This document shows positions 1 to 8,978 of a stretch of 64,000 bases of DNA, piece after piece (position 1 is the stretch's first letter; each line of letters starts with the position of its first letter). Where the stretch lies: assembly GCA_963737655.1 (NCBI GenBank), contig CAVTTN010000002.1, positions 3,360,001 through 3,424,000 of the forward strand. The letters run 5' to 3'. Under the pieces are notes generated by a model. The model did no database searches. It was not told where the DNA came from and saw nothing but the letters and a program-made list of their open reading frames with translations. Source of the stretch: an uncultured Planctomycetota bacterium. GTDB taxonomy: Bacteria > Planctomycetota > Planctomycetia > Isosphaerales > Isosphaeraceae. A program made the translations under genes and the position numbers.

Positions 1-321
1 AACGGGAATCCGGCGTCCGGCAAGCTCGGCCAGATCCCGCCGTCCTCGGCGGCGACGCTCGACCCCTCGGCCGACGGGCTTGGGACCGAGATCATCAGCA
101 TGAGCGAGGCCGATCCGTACACCGGCCCCGCCCTGGTGAAGCTCGACCCGATCGAGCCGAACCGTCGCGGGGCCCTGCCGAAGACGATCCACCGGACGTT
201 CTCGGCGATCGACGACCCATCCAACTCGGCATTCCAGGTCCTGGTCGTCTGCGGAGAAACGGTCCAGGGGACGTATCAAACGACCGTCCCGGTGGCCGCC
301 GTCGTGATCACCAAGGGTTAG
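1..321 (+). CDS. 3' end of a hypothetical protein (5'-truncated by window edge)
   Basis: Frame 1 is open from base 1 to TAG at 319-321; no recognisable motif. Confidence 0.55.
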   Translation, partial: NGNPASGKLGQIPPSSAATLDPSADGLGTEIISMSEADPYTGPALVKLDPIEPNRRGALPKTIHRTFSAIDDPSNSAFQVLVVCGETVQGTYQTTVPVAAVVITKG

Positions 322-1000
322 GATCGGGACGGTCGGGCGACGCCTCCCGTCTCGCGAGCTGTTCGACCGTGACGAACCGGAGCCCTCGGTCCCTCAAGCG
401 AGGGACGACCGCCTCGACGGTCCGGACCACGGACCGGCCCGCCTTCCCGCCGTCGTGGAGGGCGATCAGGGAGCCGGGCCGGCTCCGGCGGAGGATCCGG
501 GCGACAACCGTCGGCGAAGGCTCGGCCCAGTCGGCCGGGAGGACGTCGCACAGGACCGTCCGATAGCCCCATTCGCGCAGACGGGCGATCTGACGCCGAC
601 GGATCGCCCCGAACGGCGGCCGGACGTCCCGGATCGAGGCTTCGTGGAGGCCGCTCAGGGCGGCGATCCGCGCCCTCACGCTGTCCAGGGCGGCCCTCAA
701 TTCGGCGTCGGAGCGCCCCCAGAACGGGGCGTGGCAATCGCCGTGAATACCGACCTCATGGCCAGCCGCGACGACCCGCCCGATGGCCTCCGAGCCGAGG
801 TCGAGGCGGCTTCCCAGCCAGAAGAAGGTCCCGGGGACGTCCAGGCGGTCCAGGGCCTCCACCAGACGAAGGGTGTGCTCGGGATCGGGGCCGTCGTCGA
901 ACGTGAGAGCGACTTCCGGCGCCGAGCCATCCCCCGCCCAGAAGGCCCCCGGCAGGATCCTCCGAGCGGTCGCGATCAGGAGAGGGCTCGCGTCGAGCAT
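308..1000 (-). CDS. NodB-type polysaccharide deacetylase
   Basis: VALTFDDGP, HGDCH, RPPFG, DW and LHDGG motifs of the CE4 family. Confidence 0.92.
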   Translation of the reverse strand: MLDASPLLIATARRILPGAFWAGDGSAPEVALTFDDGPDPEHTLRLVEALDRLDVPGTFFWLGSRLDLGSEAIGRVVAAGHEVGIHGDCHAPFWGRSDAELRAALDSVRARIAALSGLHEASIRDVRPPFGAIRRRQIARLREWGYRTVLCDVLPADWAEPSPTVVARILRRSRPGSLIALHDGGKAGRSVVRTVEAVVPRLRDRGLRFVTVEQLARREASPDRPDPNPW

Positions 1001-1021
1001 CGGGCCGCCCCCTTCGAAGTC

Positions 1022-1606
1022 TCACGCGAAGATCGCGGTCACGTCCAGGGCGATTCCGGGTAGAACGGCCGATTTCAAACGCTCGCCGGAACGATATTCC
1101 CCGACCGGGCAATATGCCGCGCCCTCCAGGCGGAGGACGCGGATCGCGTTCGCCTCCTGGTCGGCGAAGCAGACCTCCTCGACGGCGATCGAGGCATAAT
1201 CGGCGAGCGAGGATTCGTCCTGACCCGGGGAGAGGACCTCGACGACGAGGTCGGGGGCGATGCGATCCTGGAAGAGGCGGTCGGGGTCGCCGGACGTCTG
1301 GAATCCCGCCTTGCGATCGCTGAAAAACATGACGTCGGGCTGTCGGACCCGGAGTTTCGGCACATCACGGATGACGATATCGGCCGGGCCGGTCAGCACC
1401 AGCCCGAGCCCCAGGTTGTCCACCTGCGATTCCAGGCGAGAGGCGATCCGGAGTTGACGCCTCTGATGGAAATACGTCGGCGCGGGCAAGACCTGGATCA
1501 TTCCGTCCACGACCTCGACATGCCGGTTCGTCACCGGCATGGCCAGGAATTCTTCGTAGGTGACCTCGCCGGTGGTCGTCGTCGGAGTGTCCACGCTTGC
1601 CATCAT
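1022..1606 (-). CDS. Uma2-family (DUF820) putative endonuclease
   Basis: EVVDG..PAP..H, QPDV, APDLVVEVLSP and C-terminal LPG motifs. Confidence 0.88.
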   Translation of the reverse strand: MMASVDTPTTTTGEVTYEEFLAMPVTNRHVEVVDGMIQVLPAPTYFHQRRQLRIASRLESQVDNLGLGLVLTGPADIVIRDVPKLRVRQPDVMFFSDRKAGFQTSGDPDRLFQDRIAPDLVVEVLSPGQDESSLADYASIAVEEVCFADQEANAIRVLRLEGAAYCPVGEYRSGERLKSAVLPGIALDVTAIFA

Positions 1607-1631
1607 CGGGGTTCCGTCACGATGCGATCGC

Positions 1632-3458
1632 TCAAACCCCCACCTTCTTGCCGCTCCGGTCGGCCTTCTTGCGGCCTTCCTCGCTGAGGACCTTCTTCCT
1701 CAGGCGGATCTTGGTCGGGGTGATCTCGACGAGTTCGTCGCTCTCGATGTATTCGAGGGCGATTTCCAGGGTGATCTGCCGGGGGGGCTTCAGGAGGATG
1801 TTGCGGTCGGAGCCCGAGGCCCTCATGTTCGTGAGCTTCTTTTCCTTGCAGGGGTTGACGTTCATGTCGTCGGCCCGGGCGTTCTCGGCGATGATCATCC
1901 CTTCGTAAATCTCGTCGCCCGGGGCGACGAACATGGTCCCTCTCTGCTGGAGGCTGTCGAGCGAGAAGGCGACGGCCTGGCCGCGGACCATGCTCACCAT
2001 CACGCCGTTCTGCCTCTTGGGGATGTCGCCCCTCACCGGTTGATAATCGTGGAAATTGTGGTGCATGATCGCCTCGCCCTGGGTCCCGCTCATCAGGCGG
2101 TTCTTCAGGCCGAGGAGGCCGCGGGCGGGGATCACGAATTCGAGGTGGGCGTAGGCCCCCTTCACGTCCATCCTCTGCATCTCGCCCCGGCGGGCCCCGA
2201 CCAGCTCCATGACCGGCCCCATCTGCTCGTGGGGGACGTCCACCACGAGGTATTCATACGGCTCGTGCTTGACGCCATTGATGATCTTGACGATGACCTC
2301 GGGCTTGCCGACGGCCAGCTCGTAGCCCTCTCGCCTCATCGACTCGATCAGCACGGAAAGATGCAGGAGGCCCCGCCCCGAGACCATGAACGAGTCGCGG
2401 TCCTCGGTCGGCTCGACCCGGAGGGCCACGTTGGACTGGAGCTCGCGGTCCAGCCGTTCCTGGAGGTGGCGGGACGTGAGGAAGTCTCCCTCGCCGGTCA
2501 GCGGGGAATCATTCACGGTGAACTGCATGCTGAGCGTGGGTTCATCGACCTCGATCCGGGGCAGCGCGATCGGGCTCTCGGCCGAGGCGATCGTGTCGCC
2601 GATATCGACCCCGCCCAGGCCGACGATCGCCACGATGTCCCCGGCCTCGGCCACGTCCACCTCGACCCGCCCGAGCTTCTCGAAGACCATCAGGTTGTCG
2701 ATCGAGCCGTTCTGGATCACCCCCCCGGCCTTGATCAGCGCGGCCCTCTGGCTGCGGCGGACCTGGCCCGAGAGGATCCGGCCGATGGCGATCCGGCCGA
2801 CGTATTCGGAAAAGTCGAGCGTCGTGCAGAGCATCTGCAACGGGCCGTCGGCGTGGACCTCGGGGCCGGGCACCTTCTGCAAGATCAGCTCCAGCAACGG
2901 CTTGATGTCGCCGGAGGTCGCCCTCGGGTCGTGCGACGCGAAGCCGGAGCGGCCCGAGGCGAAGATGTACGGGAAGTCGAGCTGGGCCTCGTCGGCGCCG
3001 AGGTCCACGAACGTATCGAAAATCTCGTTGAGGACCTCGTCGGGCCGGGCGTCGGGCCGGTCGATCTTGTTGATCACCACGATCGGGTGGAGGCCGTTGC
3101 CGAACGCCTTGCGGAGGACGAACTTGGTCTGGGGCATCGGCCCTTCGAAGGCATCGACCAGGACGAGGCAGCCGTCGGCCATCTGCAAGGTCCGCTCGAC
3201 CTCCCCGCCGAAGTCGGCGTGCCCCGGGGTGTCGATGATGTTGATTTTTGTTTCGTTGTAATTGATCGCGATGTTCTTGGCGAGGATGGTGATCCCCCGC
3301 TCCCGTTCCTGGGGGTTGCTGTCGAGGATGCAGTCCCCCTGGAGCTGGCTGGCCCGGAACTGGCCGGACTGGCGGAGCATGGCATCGACCAGGGTGGTCT
3401 TGCCGTGATCGACGTGGGCGATGATCGCCACGTTGCGGATGTCGTTACGTCGGTTCAT
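1632..3458 (-). CDS. typA: Translational GTPase TypA/BipA
   Basis: [49 protein letters not shown]; start taken at MNRRNDIRN. Confidence 0.97.
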   Translation of the reverse strand: MNRRNDIRNVAIIAHVDHGKTTLVDAMLRQSGQFRASQLQGDCILDSNPQERERGITILAKNIAINYNETKINIIDTPGHADFGGEVERTLQMADGCLVLVDAFEGPMPQTKFVLRKAFGNGLHPIVVINKIDRPDARPDEVLNEIFDTFVDLGADEAQLDFPYIFASGRSGFASHDPRATSGDIKPLLELILQKVPGPEVHADGPLQMLCTTLDFSEYVGRIAIGRILSGQVRRSQRAALIKAGGVIQNGSIDNLMVFEKLGRVEVDVAEAGDIVAIVGLGGVDIGDTIASAESPIALPRIEVDEPTLSMQFTVNDSPLTGEGDFLTSRHLQERLDRELQSNVALRVEPTEDRDSFMVSGRGLLHLSVLIESMRREGYELAVGKPEVIVKIINGVKHEPYEYLVVDVPHEQMGPVMELVGARRGEMQRMDVKGAYAHLEFVIPARGLLGLKNRLMSGTQGEAIMHHNFHDYQPVRGDIPKRQNGVMVSMVRGQAVAFSLDSLQQRGTMFVAPGDEIYEGMIIAENARADDMNVNPCKEKKLTNMRASGSDRNILLKPPRQITLEIALEYIESDELVEITPTKIRLRKKVLSEEGRKKADRSGKKVGV

Positions 3459-3648
3459 GATAGGGATCTGTCCGCCGAGGGACGGGCGGGCCGGGTGGGT
3501 ACGGAGCGCGGAGGAGAGGGCGGCCAGGCATCCGAGCCGGGCCGAATATTCTAGCGCGTTCGGTCCGTTCCGGCAAGGCCGAATCCGGCCGTAAGCGGCG
3601 AACCGACGTGAAGTTGGGATGAACGCGGCAAGTCCGGCCATCGATCGA

Positions 3649-4308
3649 TCAGCGAATGGCCGCGCCCGCCCTGGCAAGGAACTGGACCACGAACAGCGCC
3701 ACGCCGAGCAGGAGGAATCCGATCACCTTCATCGCGGTCGGACCGGCCGAGGCGAAGCCCGGCGTCCCCCGGATCACCCCGCGGTATCGCTGGGTGCAGA
3801 CTTCCCTGGAACCCGGACGATTCAGGAGGACCGCCAGGAAAAGGGTATAGGCGACCGTCGAGACCGAGCCGACCAGCGATCCGGCCGTTGCCGACCCGGG
3901 ACTCAGGATCAGGAGCAGGGCACCGAGGACCAGAGTGAGCCCGGCTCCGACCGCACACAGGAGCTGCGAAACCGCCCGAGCCCAGCCCTGAAACATCATC
4001 AGGGGGACGTTGAGGGCCAGGCTAAACCCGCCCATCAGCACGAAAAAGACGCCGGGCCCCGACGTCCGGGCGTCTCCGAGGGAGATCAGGAACACGCCGC
4101 AGGCCACCAACACGGCCCCGTACAGGGACTGCGAGATCCCCAGGGCCCGGATCGTGGTCTCCGACGAAAGGAGGCGGTGCCGGTCCTCAATGCCGAAGCG
4201 ACCGGTTGATTCCGGACCGATCTCGATCTGGGCTCCAGGCGGGCTGTACGGGTTGGACGAAAGGAAGGGATCCCGAAATTCCCGAGACGGAGGCGCGTCG
4301 TCGGACAT
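3649..4308 (-). CDS. Membrane protein with N-terminal NPYxxP motif (paralog 1)
   Basis: NPYSPP followed by about 5 hydrophobic helices; similar to the neighbouring gene. Confidence 0.75.
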   Translation of the reverse strand: MSDDAPPSREFRDPFLSSNPYSPPGAQIEIGPESTGRFGIEDRHRLLSSETTIRALGISQSLYGAVLVACGVFLISLGDARTSGPGVFFVLMGGFSLALNVPLMMFQGWARAVSQLLCAVGAGLTLVLGALLLILSPGSATAGSLVGSVSTVAYTLFLAVLLNRPGSREVCTQRYRGVIRGTPGFASAGPTAMKVIGFLLLGVALFVVQFLARAGAAIR

Positions 4309-4447
4309 GGGTGGCTCCGTCGCCGAGAAGGAGGAGGAGGCCCGCAAGCTGGGGCCCTTCCCACAAATTTACGGGACCGAAGGATGTCGTTCCGTGAAAT
4401 TCATCAGGGCAGACTGTTTTCTGGGTCGACGCGACGGCTCCGATGGG

Positions 4448-5065
4448 TCAGTTCGAGGCCAATCGTCGGAGGAGGGTGAGCCCGAACGCCAGACCGAAGA
4501 ACCCGAGGGTCTTCAGCACGACCCCGCCGGCAATCGGGAAATCGGGGGTGGCCCGCACCACGGCCCGATGGCTCGGAGAACAGACCGAGCGGGCCCCTCG
4601 GCCCTTCAGCAGGGCGAACAGGAAGATCATGAACGCGGACGTGGTGATTGGCTGGAGGAAGGCTCCCGGAGCGGGCATCCGTTGATACATCGAGATCAGC
4701 AGGAGGAGCACCGCCACGCAGCCCACCGCCGCGATCAGGGTTAGCCCCATCATGAGGACCCTCGCCCAGTTGTGGAGGAAAATCAGCCCCAGGTTGACTG
4801 ACACCGTGCCGATCCCCACGAGCAGGGCGAGGATCGGGCCCATCGCCCTGGGCCTCGCCGGGCCCGCGAAGTACAGGCCCATCAAGGCGATGAAGGTCCC
4901 GGAGAGGACCTGGGTGATCCCCAGGGCGCGGAGCGTCGTCTCCGGGCCGATCAAGACCGCACGCGCGGCTTCCGCGCCTTCCGGGGCCGGGTCGATCGCG
5001 GCCGGTCCCGGAAGCGCGGTCGGGGCCTCGTACGGATTGAGCGGAACGGGCGACGGGCCGGACAT
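4448..5065 (-). CDS. Membrane protein with N-terminal NPYxxP motif (paralog 2)
   Basis: NPYEAP, ETTLRALGITQ and VCSPSHRAVVRATPDF align with paralog 1. Confidence 0.75.
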   Translation of the reverse strand: MSGPSPVPLNPYEAPTALPGPAAIDPAPEGAEAARAVLIGPETTLRALGITQVLSGTFIALMGLYFAGPARPRAMGPILALLVGIGTVSVNLGLIFLHNWARVLMMGLTLIAAVGCVAVLLLLISMYQRMPAPGAFLQPITTSAFMIFLFALLKGRGARSVCSPSHRAVVRATPDFPIAGGVVLKTLGFFGLAFGLTLLRRLASN

Positions 5066-5364
5066 GGCGAGGTTCCAGGATGAGGACGCGAACGGGCCGC
5101 TCGCGGGACGGCCGCGACCCCGAGAATAGGCTACGGCCGCACCCCGGGCCACGAAAAACTCGGCCGGCGCCCGAGATGGGCCGAACCTTGCCGACGGAAA
5201 GCATACCGGGATCATCGGGACCGCCCCCCCTCGCCGATCACCCCGTCTCCCCGGCTCGCCTTGATTCGGCGGCGCAACGCCCCCCGCGAGCGCCCGCCGA
5301 ACTGTCCCGTAATTCGTCCCGAACCGGGTCCTTGGCCCTCGCGATGACCCCGACGCAACGCGTT

Positions 5365-5590
5365 GCTGATACATCCTTTGGGTTGAATGAAGCAAAATCT
5401 GCAAACATGGGAAGAACTACTCTTGCACGACCGAGTGGCATCGCGAAAACCCTGGAATTTAAGCCCTTTTCGCGATTTTCGGCGAAAATGTGTAGTCAAG
5501 TTATTTGAAAAAAGCTTTCGCTGGTATGTGGAAACCAAAATTTCGAAGAATGTGTAGATTTGATTCGTATTGATAGGCGGCAATGGATTG
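5365..5590. promoter_or_regulatory. AT-rich intergenic island between divergent genes
   Basis: Hand count gives 46/120 G+C (38%) at 5461-5580 against very GC-rich flanks; inverted repeat ATCGCGAAAA/TTTTCGCGAT at 5440-5476. Confidence 0.6.
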
Positions 5591-5649
5591 GATCCCCGAC
5601 TCCAGGCGGCGAGGTAAACAGGCGATCAGAGGACGCGGACTCGCTCGCG

Positions 5650-5677
5650 TTGACAGCCCCGGGTCCGCCGATATAGT
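5650..5677 (+). promoter_or_regulatory. sigma70-type promoter of the glycosyltransferase operon
   Basis: TTGACA-16 nt-TATAGT, 43 nt upstream of ATG 5721. Confidence 0.7.
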
Positions 5678-5720
5678 GTCCGGCCGATGGGGACCGACCC
5701 TGGGCACGGAGGCCGTCGTC

Positions 5721-6077
5721 ATGATCGCGGAGGATCGCGCGCACCGGGCGCCGACGCTGGCCTCGGCCGTGAAGCAGGACGAGGCGATCCGGCTCTGGGT
5801 CCGCGACCTGGCCGACGCCTCGGCCGCGACCGGCTCGGTGGCCGAGACCGTCCGCCGCCTCCTGGAACATGGCGACTACTGGGAGCGCGTCCAGAGGGGG
5901 CGTCTGCAGACGCTCAAACGCGCGATGGCGCGTCTGATGCAGCCGTTCTTCCGGCCCCAGGTCCGCTACAACCGGATGGTCGCCGAGCACCTCGGCCGGA
6001 TCGAGGTCGCCCTGGACGAGGTCCGTCGCGAGGTCGAGGCACTGCGCGACGCGATCGAAGCGAAGGACTCGCCATGA
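5721..6077 (+). CDS. Small amphipathic/coiled-coil protein (GT partner 1)
   Basis: LKRAMARLMQPFFRPQVRYN then heptad-like tail; ATGA overlap with the downstream GT. Confidence 0.75.
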   Translation: MIAEDRAHRAPTLASAVKQDEAIRLWVRDLADASAATGSVAETVRRLLEHGDYWERVQRGRLQTLKRAMARLMQPFFRPQVRYNRMVAEHLGRIEVALDEVRREVEALRDAIEAKDSP

Positions 6078-8344
6078 CGACCCGTTCCGAGCACCACCGC
6101 CCGCCCGTCTCGGTGATCGTGAGCACCGCGAACCGCGCCGCCGGACACGTCCGCCGCCTGCTGGACCGGCTCCGGGAGCAGCCGTATCGGCCGCTGGAGG
6201 TCGTCCTCGTCGTCGGCCCCGGGCCCGAGGACATGCGGGCCTTCGCCGAGTCGCTTCCCGACGTGAAGGTGCGTTTCATCGAGGATCTGAACCTCGCGAA
6301 GTCCCGGAACGTCGGGATCGGGATGGCCTCGGGCGGGATCCTCGCGTTCATCGACGATGACGCCGTCCCGAGCCTCCTGTGGCTCGACGAGCTGGTCGAG
6401 GCCTTCGAGATCGAGGGGCCGTCGTGCGTGGGAGTGGGCGGGGCGACGATCCATGCCGATGCGTATCCCGGCCCGGTGGTCCAGAATCGCAACGCGTTGC
6501 TTCATGAGCGCGGATATACCCACGAATGCGTTCGGCTGGAGCCGGGCGAGGAGAACGGCCCCGAGGGCCCGGTCTTCAACCGGCTCCACGGCTGCAACAT
6601 GGCCTTTCGCCGCGAGGCGATCGAGGCCGAGGGCGGGTTCGACGAGTCGTTCCGCTACCAGCACGAGGAGACGGACCTCTGCGTCCGGTTGATCCGCCGA
6701 GGTGGCCGGATCGTCCACCACCCCCGGGCGCTCGTCGATCACTTCCCCGCCCGCAGCCACTTCCGCCGGGATGCGTATGATGTTAGTTACGAAAACATCC
6801 TGCGTAGTTACACTTATTTTGCGCTGAAACATGCCCGGGGATCGTTCGCCTCGATCGCCGCGCGATCGTTCCGGGACCACCTGCCGTACTGGAAACGGTT
6901 CGCGCTGTGGACGCTGGCGCTCCAGATCTCGCCGTGGAGGGCGGCGAAATTCGTGGGGAACTGGATGTCTGGATATGTTCAGGGGCTGCGATTGGGACGG
7001 GACTTCCGAAGGGGGCGGCTCGCCCCGAAGCCCCTCTCGGCGGCCCCGGCACGCGAGTTCCGACCGATCGCAACGCCTCCCTCGTGGTCGCCGACGGCCC
7101 AGGATCGGGGCCGCCCCCTGAGGATCGCGATCCTCTGCGCCGAGCTGGGCGGGCCGTCTCCCGGAGGGGTTGCGGTGTATACCGAGCATCTCGCGGAGGG
7201 CCTGGCGAGGCGAGGTCACGAGGTCATCGTCCTGCGATCGGGCTACGGGCCGGGCGAGGCGAAACCCGAGGGATATCGCGTGGTGGGCGTCCCTCCCGAG
7301 GTGGATCGGCCCCATTCCGTGACGGTCCTGCGTCACCTGATGGCCCTGTCGGCGAGCCGGCCGTTCGACGTGGTCGAGGCCCCGCTGTGGGGCGGCGAGG
7401 GGGCGGCCGTCGGCCTCTCGGGCTTCGCCCCGTTGGTGGTCCGGCTGGAGACCCCCCTGGAGGTGATCCGCCAGATTTCCGGCCTGCCGCTCTCGGCCGA
7501 GATGGTCCAGGCCGTGGCCGGCGAACGCCTCGGTTTGAGCTATGCGGCCGGGGTGATCTCGATCAGCCGGGCGATTGCCGAGACGGTGGAATCGGTCTAC
7601 GAGGCGAGGCTGGCCACGCTGGCCAGGCGGGCGAGGGTGATCCCGATCGGCCTGCCGGATGCGGTCCGGCACCACGTCTCCGAGCCTCCCGACCCCGACG
7701 GGTTCCGCCTGCTCTACGTCGGCCGTCTGGAGGCGCGCAAGGGCATCCTGGAACTCGGCCGGGCGTTCGCCGAGGCGTCGAGGAGCGTGCCCGACCTGAG
7801 GCTCTGGATCGCCGGGGCCGACAACAGCGGCTCCGATGGCCATCGGGCGCGAACCGGCGTGAGCTATGAACAATCGCTCCGAGAACTCTGGGGACCCGAG
7901 CTCTCGAGACGCGTCCGGTTCCTCGGCCGGGTCCGCGACGACGAGAAGGACTCGCTCCTCACGCACTGCGACGCCTTCGTCGCGCCGTCGCTGTACGAGT
8001 CGTTCGGGATCGTGTTCCTCGAAGCGATGAGGCGGGGCAAGCCGACGATCGGGACGAGGGTCGGAGGCATCCCGGAGATCGTCCTCGACGGCCGGACCGG
8101 CCTGCTCGTCGAACCCGGCAACGCCTCGGACCTCGCGCGGGCGATGATCGCGATGGCGACCGACGTCTCGGCCGGGACCCGGATGGGCGAAGCCGGCCGA
8201 GAGCGCTTCCTCGCCGAATTCTCGATCGAGGAATTCGCCCGGAGAAGCGAGGCGTTCTACCGCGAGGTGATCGACCACTGGCGAGGCTCGCGGTTTTTCG
8301 AGATCGCGGCGCCCTCGACGACCGAAGCTTCGGAGGCGGCCTGA
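6074..8344 (+). CDS. Bifunctional glycosyltransferase, GT2 + GT4 domains
   Basis: VSVIVST, RNVG, FIDDD, GCNMAFRR, EETDL (GT2); VGRLEARKG, ESFGIVFLEAM, GGIPEIV (GT4). Confidence 0.92.
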   Translation: MTTRSEHHRPPVSVIVSTANRAAGHVRRLLDRLREQPYRPLEVVLVVGPGPEDMRAFAESLPDVKVRFIEDLNLAKSRNVGIGMASGGILAFIDDDAVPSLLWLDELVEAFEIEGPSCVGVGGATIHADAYPGPVVQNRNALLHERGYTHECVRLEPGEENGPEGPVFNRLHGCNMAFRREAIEAEGGFDESFRYQHEETDLCVRLIRRGGRIVHHPRALVDHFPARSHFRRDAYDVSYENILRSYTYFALKHARGSFASIAARSFRDHLPYWKRFALWTLALQISPWRAAKFVGNWMSGYVQGLRLGRDFRRGRLAPKPLSAAPAREFRPIATPPSWSPTAQDRGRPLRIAILCAELGGPSPGGVAVYTEHLAEGLARRGHEVIVLRSGYGPGEAKPEGYRVVGVPPEVDRPHSVTVLRHLMALSASRPFDVVEAPLWGGEGAAVGLSGFAPLVVRLETPLEVIRQISGLPLSAEMVQAVAGERLGLSYAAGVISISRAIAETVESVYEARLATLARRARVIPIGLPDAVRHHVSEPPDPDGFRLLYVGRLEARKGILELGRAFAEASRSVPDLRLWIAGADNSGSDGHRARTGVSYEQSLRELWGPELSRRVRFLGRVRDDEKDSLLTHCDAFVAPSLYESFGIVFLEAMRRGKPTIGTRVGGIPEIVLDGRTGLLVEPGNASDLARAMIAMATDVSAGTRMGEAGRERFLAEFSIEEFARRSEAFYREVIDHWRGSRFFEIAAPSTTEASEAA

Positions 8345-8349
8345 CGACT

Positions 8350-8490
8350 TGCGCAGCGGAAAACCCCGTTGAGAATGAGGAAACGAGTCGGTCCGACTTC
8401 AGTCGGGCCTACGAAACAAGGGATCGTTATAGGCCCGACTGAAGTCGGACCGACTCGAATCGATGCTTCGAAGGGTTTTTCTACAGAGCA
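8350..8490. mobile_element. MITE, 141 bp, family M1 (empty form)
   Basis: Imperfect termini TGCGCAGCGGAAAACCCC / rc TGCTCTGTAGAAAAACCC; exact 9-bp flanking direct repeat CTGACGACT (8341-8349, 8491-8499); perfect internal 28-bp inverted repeat (8384-8411, 8430-8457); second copy at 46046-46295. Confidence 0.85.
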
Positions 8491-8531
8491 CTGACGACTC
8501 CTGTTCGGGAAACTCGGCGACCTCGAATTCT

Positions 8532-8592
8532 GTAGGGCAGGCCTCGGCCTGCCGAGTCCGGGCCGGTGACGGCAGGCCGAGGCCTGCCCTAC
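8532..8592. repeat. REP doublet (REPIN), family B: GTAGGGCAGGCCTCGGCCTGCC
   Basis: Two inverted copies; identical arms at 18483-18539. Confidence 0.9.
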
Positions 8593-8978
8593 GAAAGATC
8601 CTGCGGGGTATGATCCGACGATCTGACCCGATCGCCAGACAACCCATCGAGCCGCCACGCCAGCTCCTCGCCCTGGAGCTGGAGCCTCATCAGGTCGCGG
8701 AGGGCGCTCTGGACCATCGGGTTCAGCTCTCGGAGGAGGTCGCAGTCGGCGAGGATGTCCCGGAGCGTCTCGTTGTGGGTGCGGAAGTCGCGGAGGACGT
8801 CGGGCGCGAGGTTGATGTCGAGGATCGTGTCGAGCTTCTCGTGAAGTGACTTCAATTCGTCGCGGACCGGTTCGAGCCTCGCGTCGATCAGGCCGGCAAG
8901 CTTGGATTTGATCAAACGCTCGACCGGATCGACGACGATTCGGACCGGGGCCGTGAGCCACCGTTTCAGCCAGGGCAT
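8589..8978 (-). CDS. Small amphipathic/coiled-coil protein (GT partner 2)
   Basis: Overlaps the 3' end of the GT4 gene; P-x6-PVxRxI and RDLMRLQ motifs shared with 15748-16047; stop TAG lies in the REP. Confidence 0.75.
   Translation of the reverse strand: MPWLKRWLTAPVRIVVDPVERLIKSKLAGLIDARLEPVRDELKSLHEKLDTILDINLAPDVLRDFRTHNETLRDILADCDLLRELNPMVQSALRDLMRLQLQGEELAWRLDGLSGDRVRSSDHTPQDLS

Noticed and set aside
1560..3554. Long antisense ORFs (e.g. 1560-3554, 5966-8278, 19294-22080, 23614-26013, 32858-36358, 40950-43052, 61157-63292)
   Set aside because: Shadow frames of well-supported genes in high-GC DNA; no motifs
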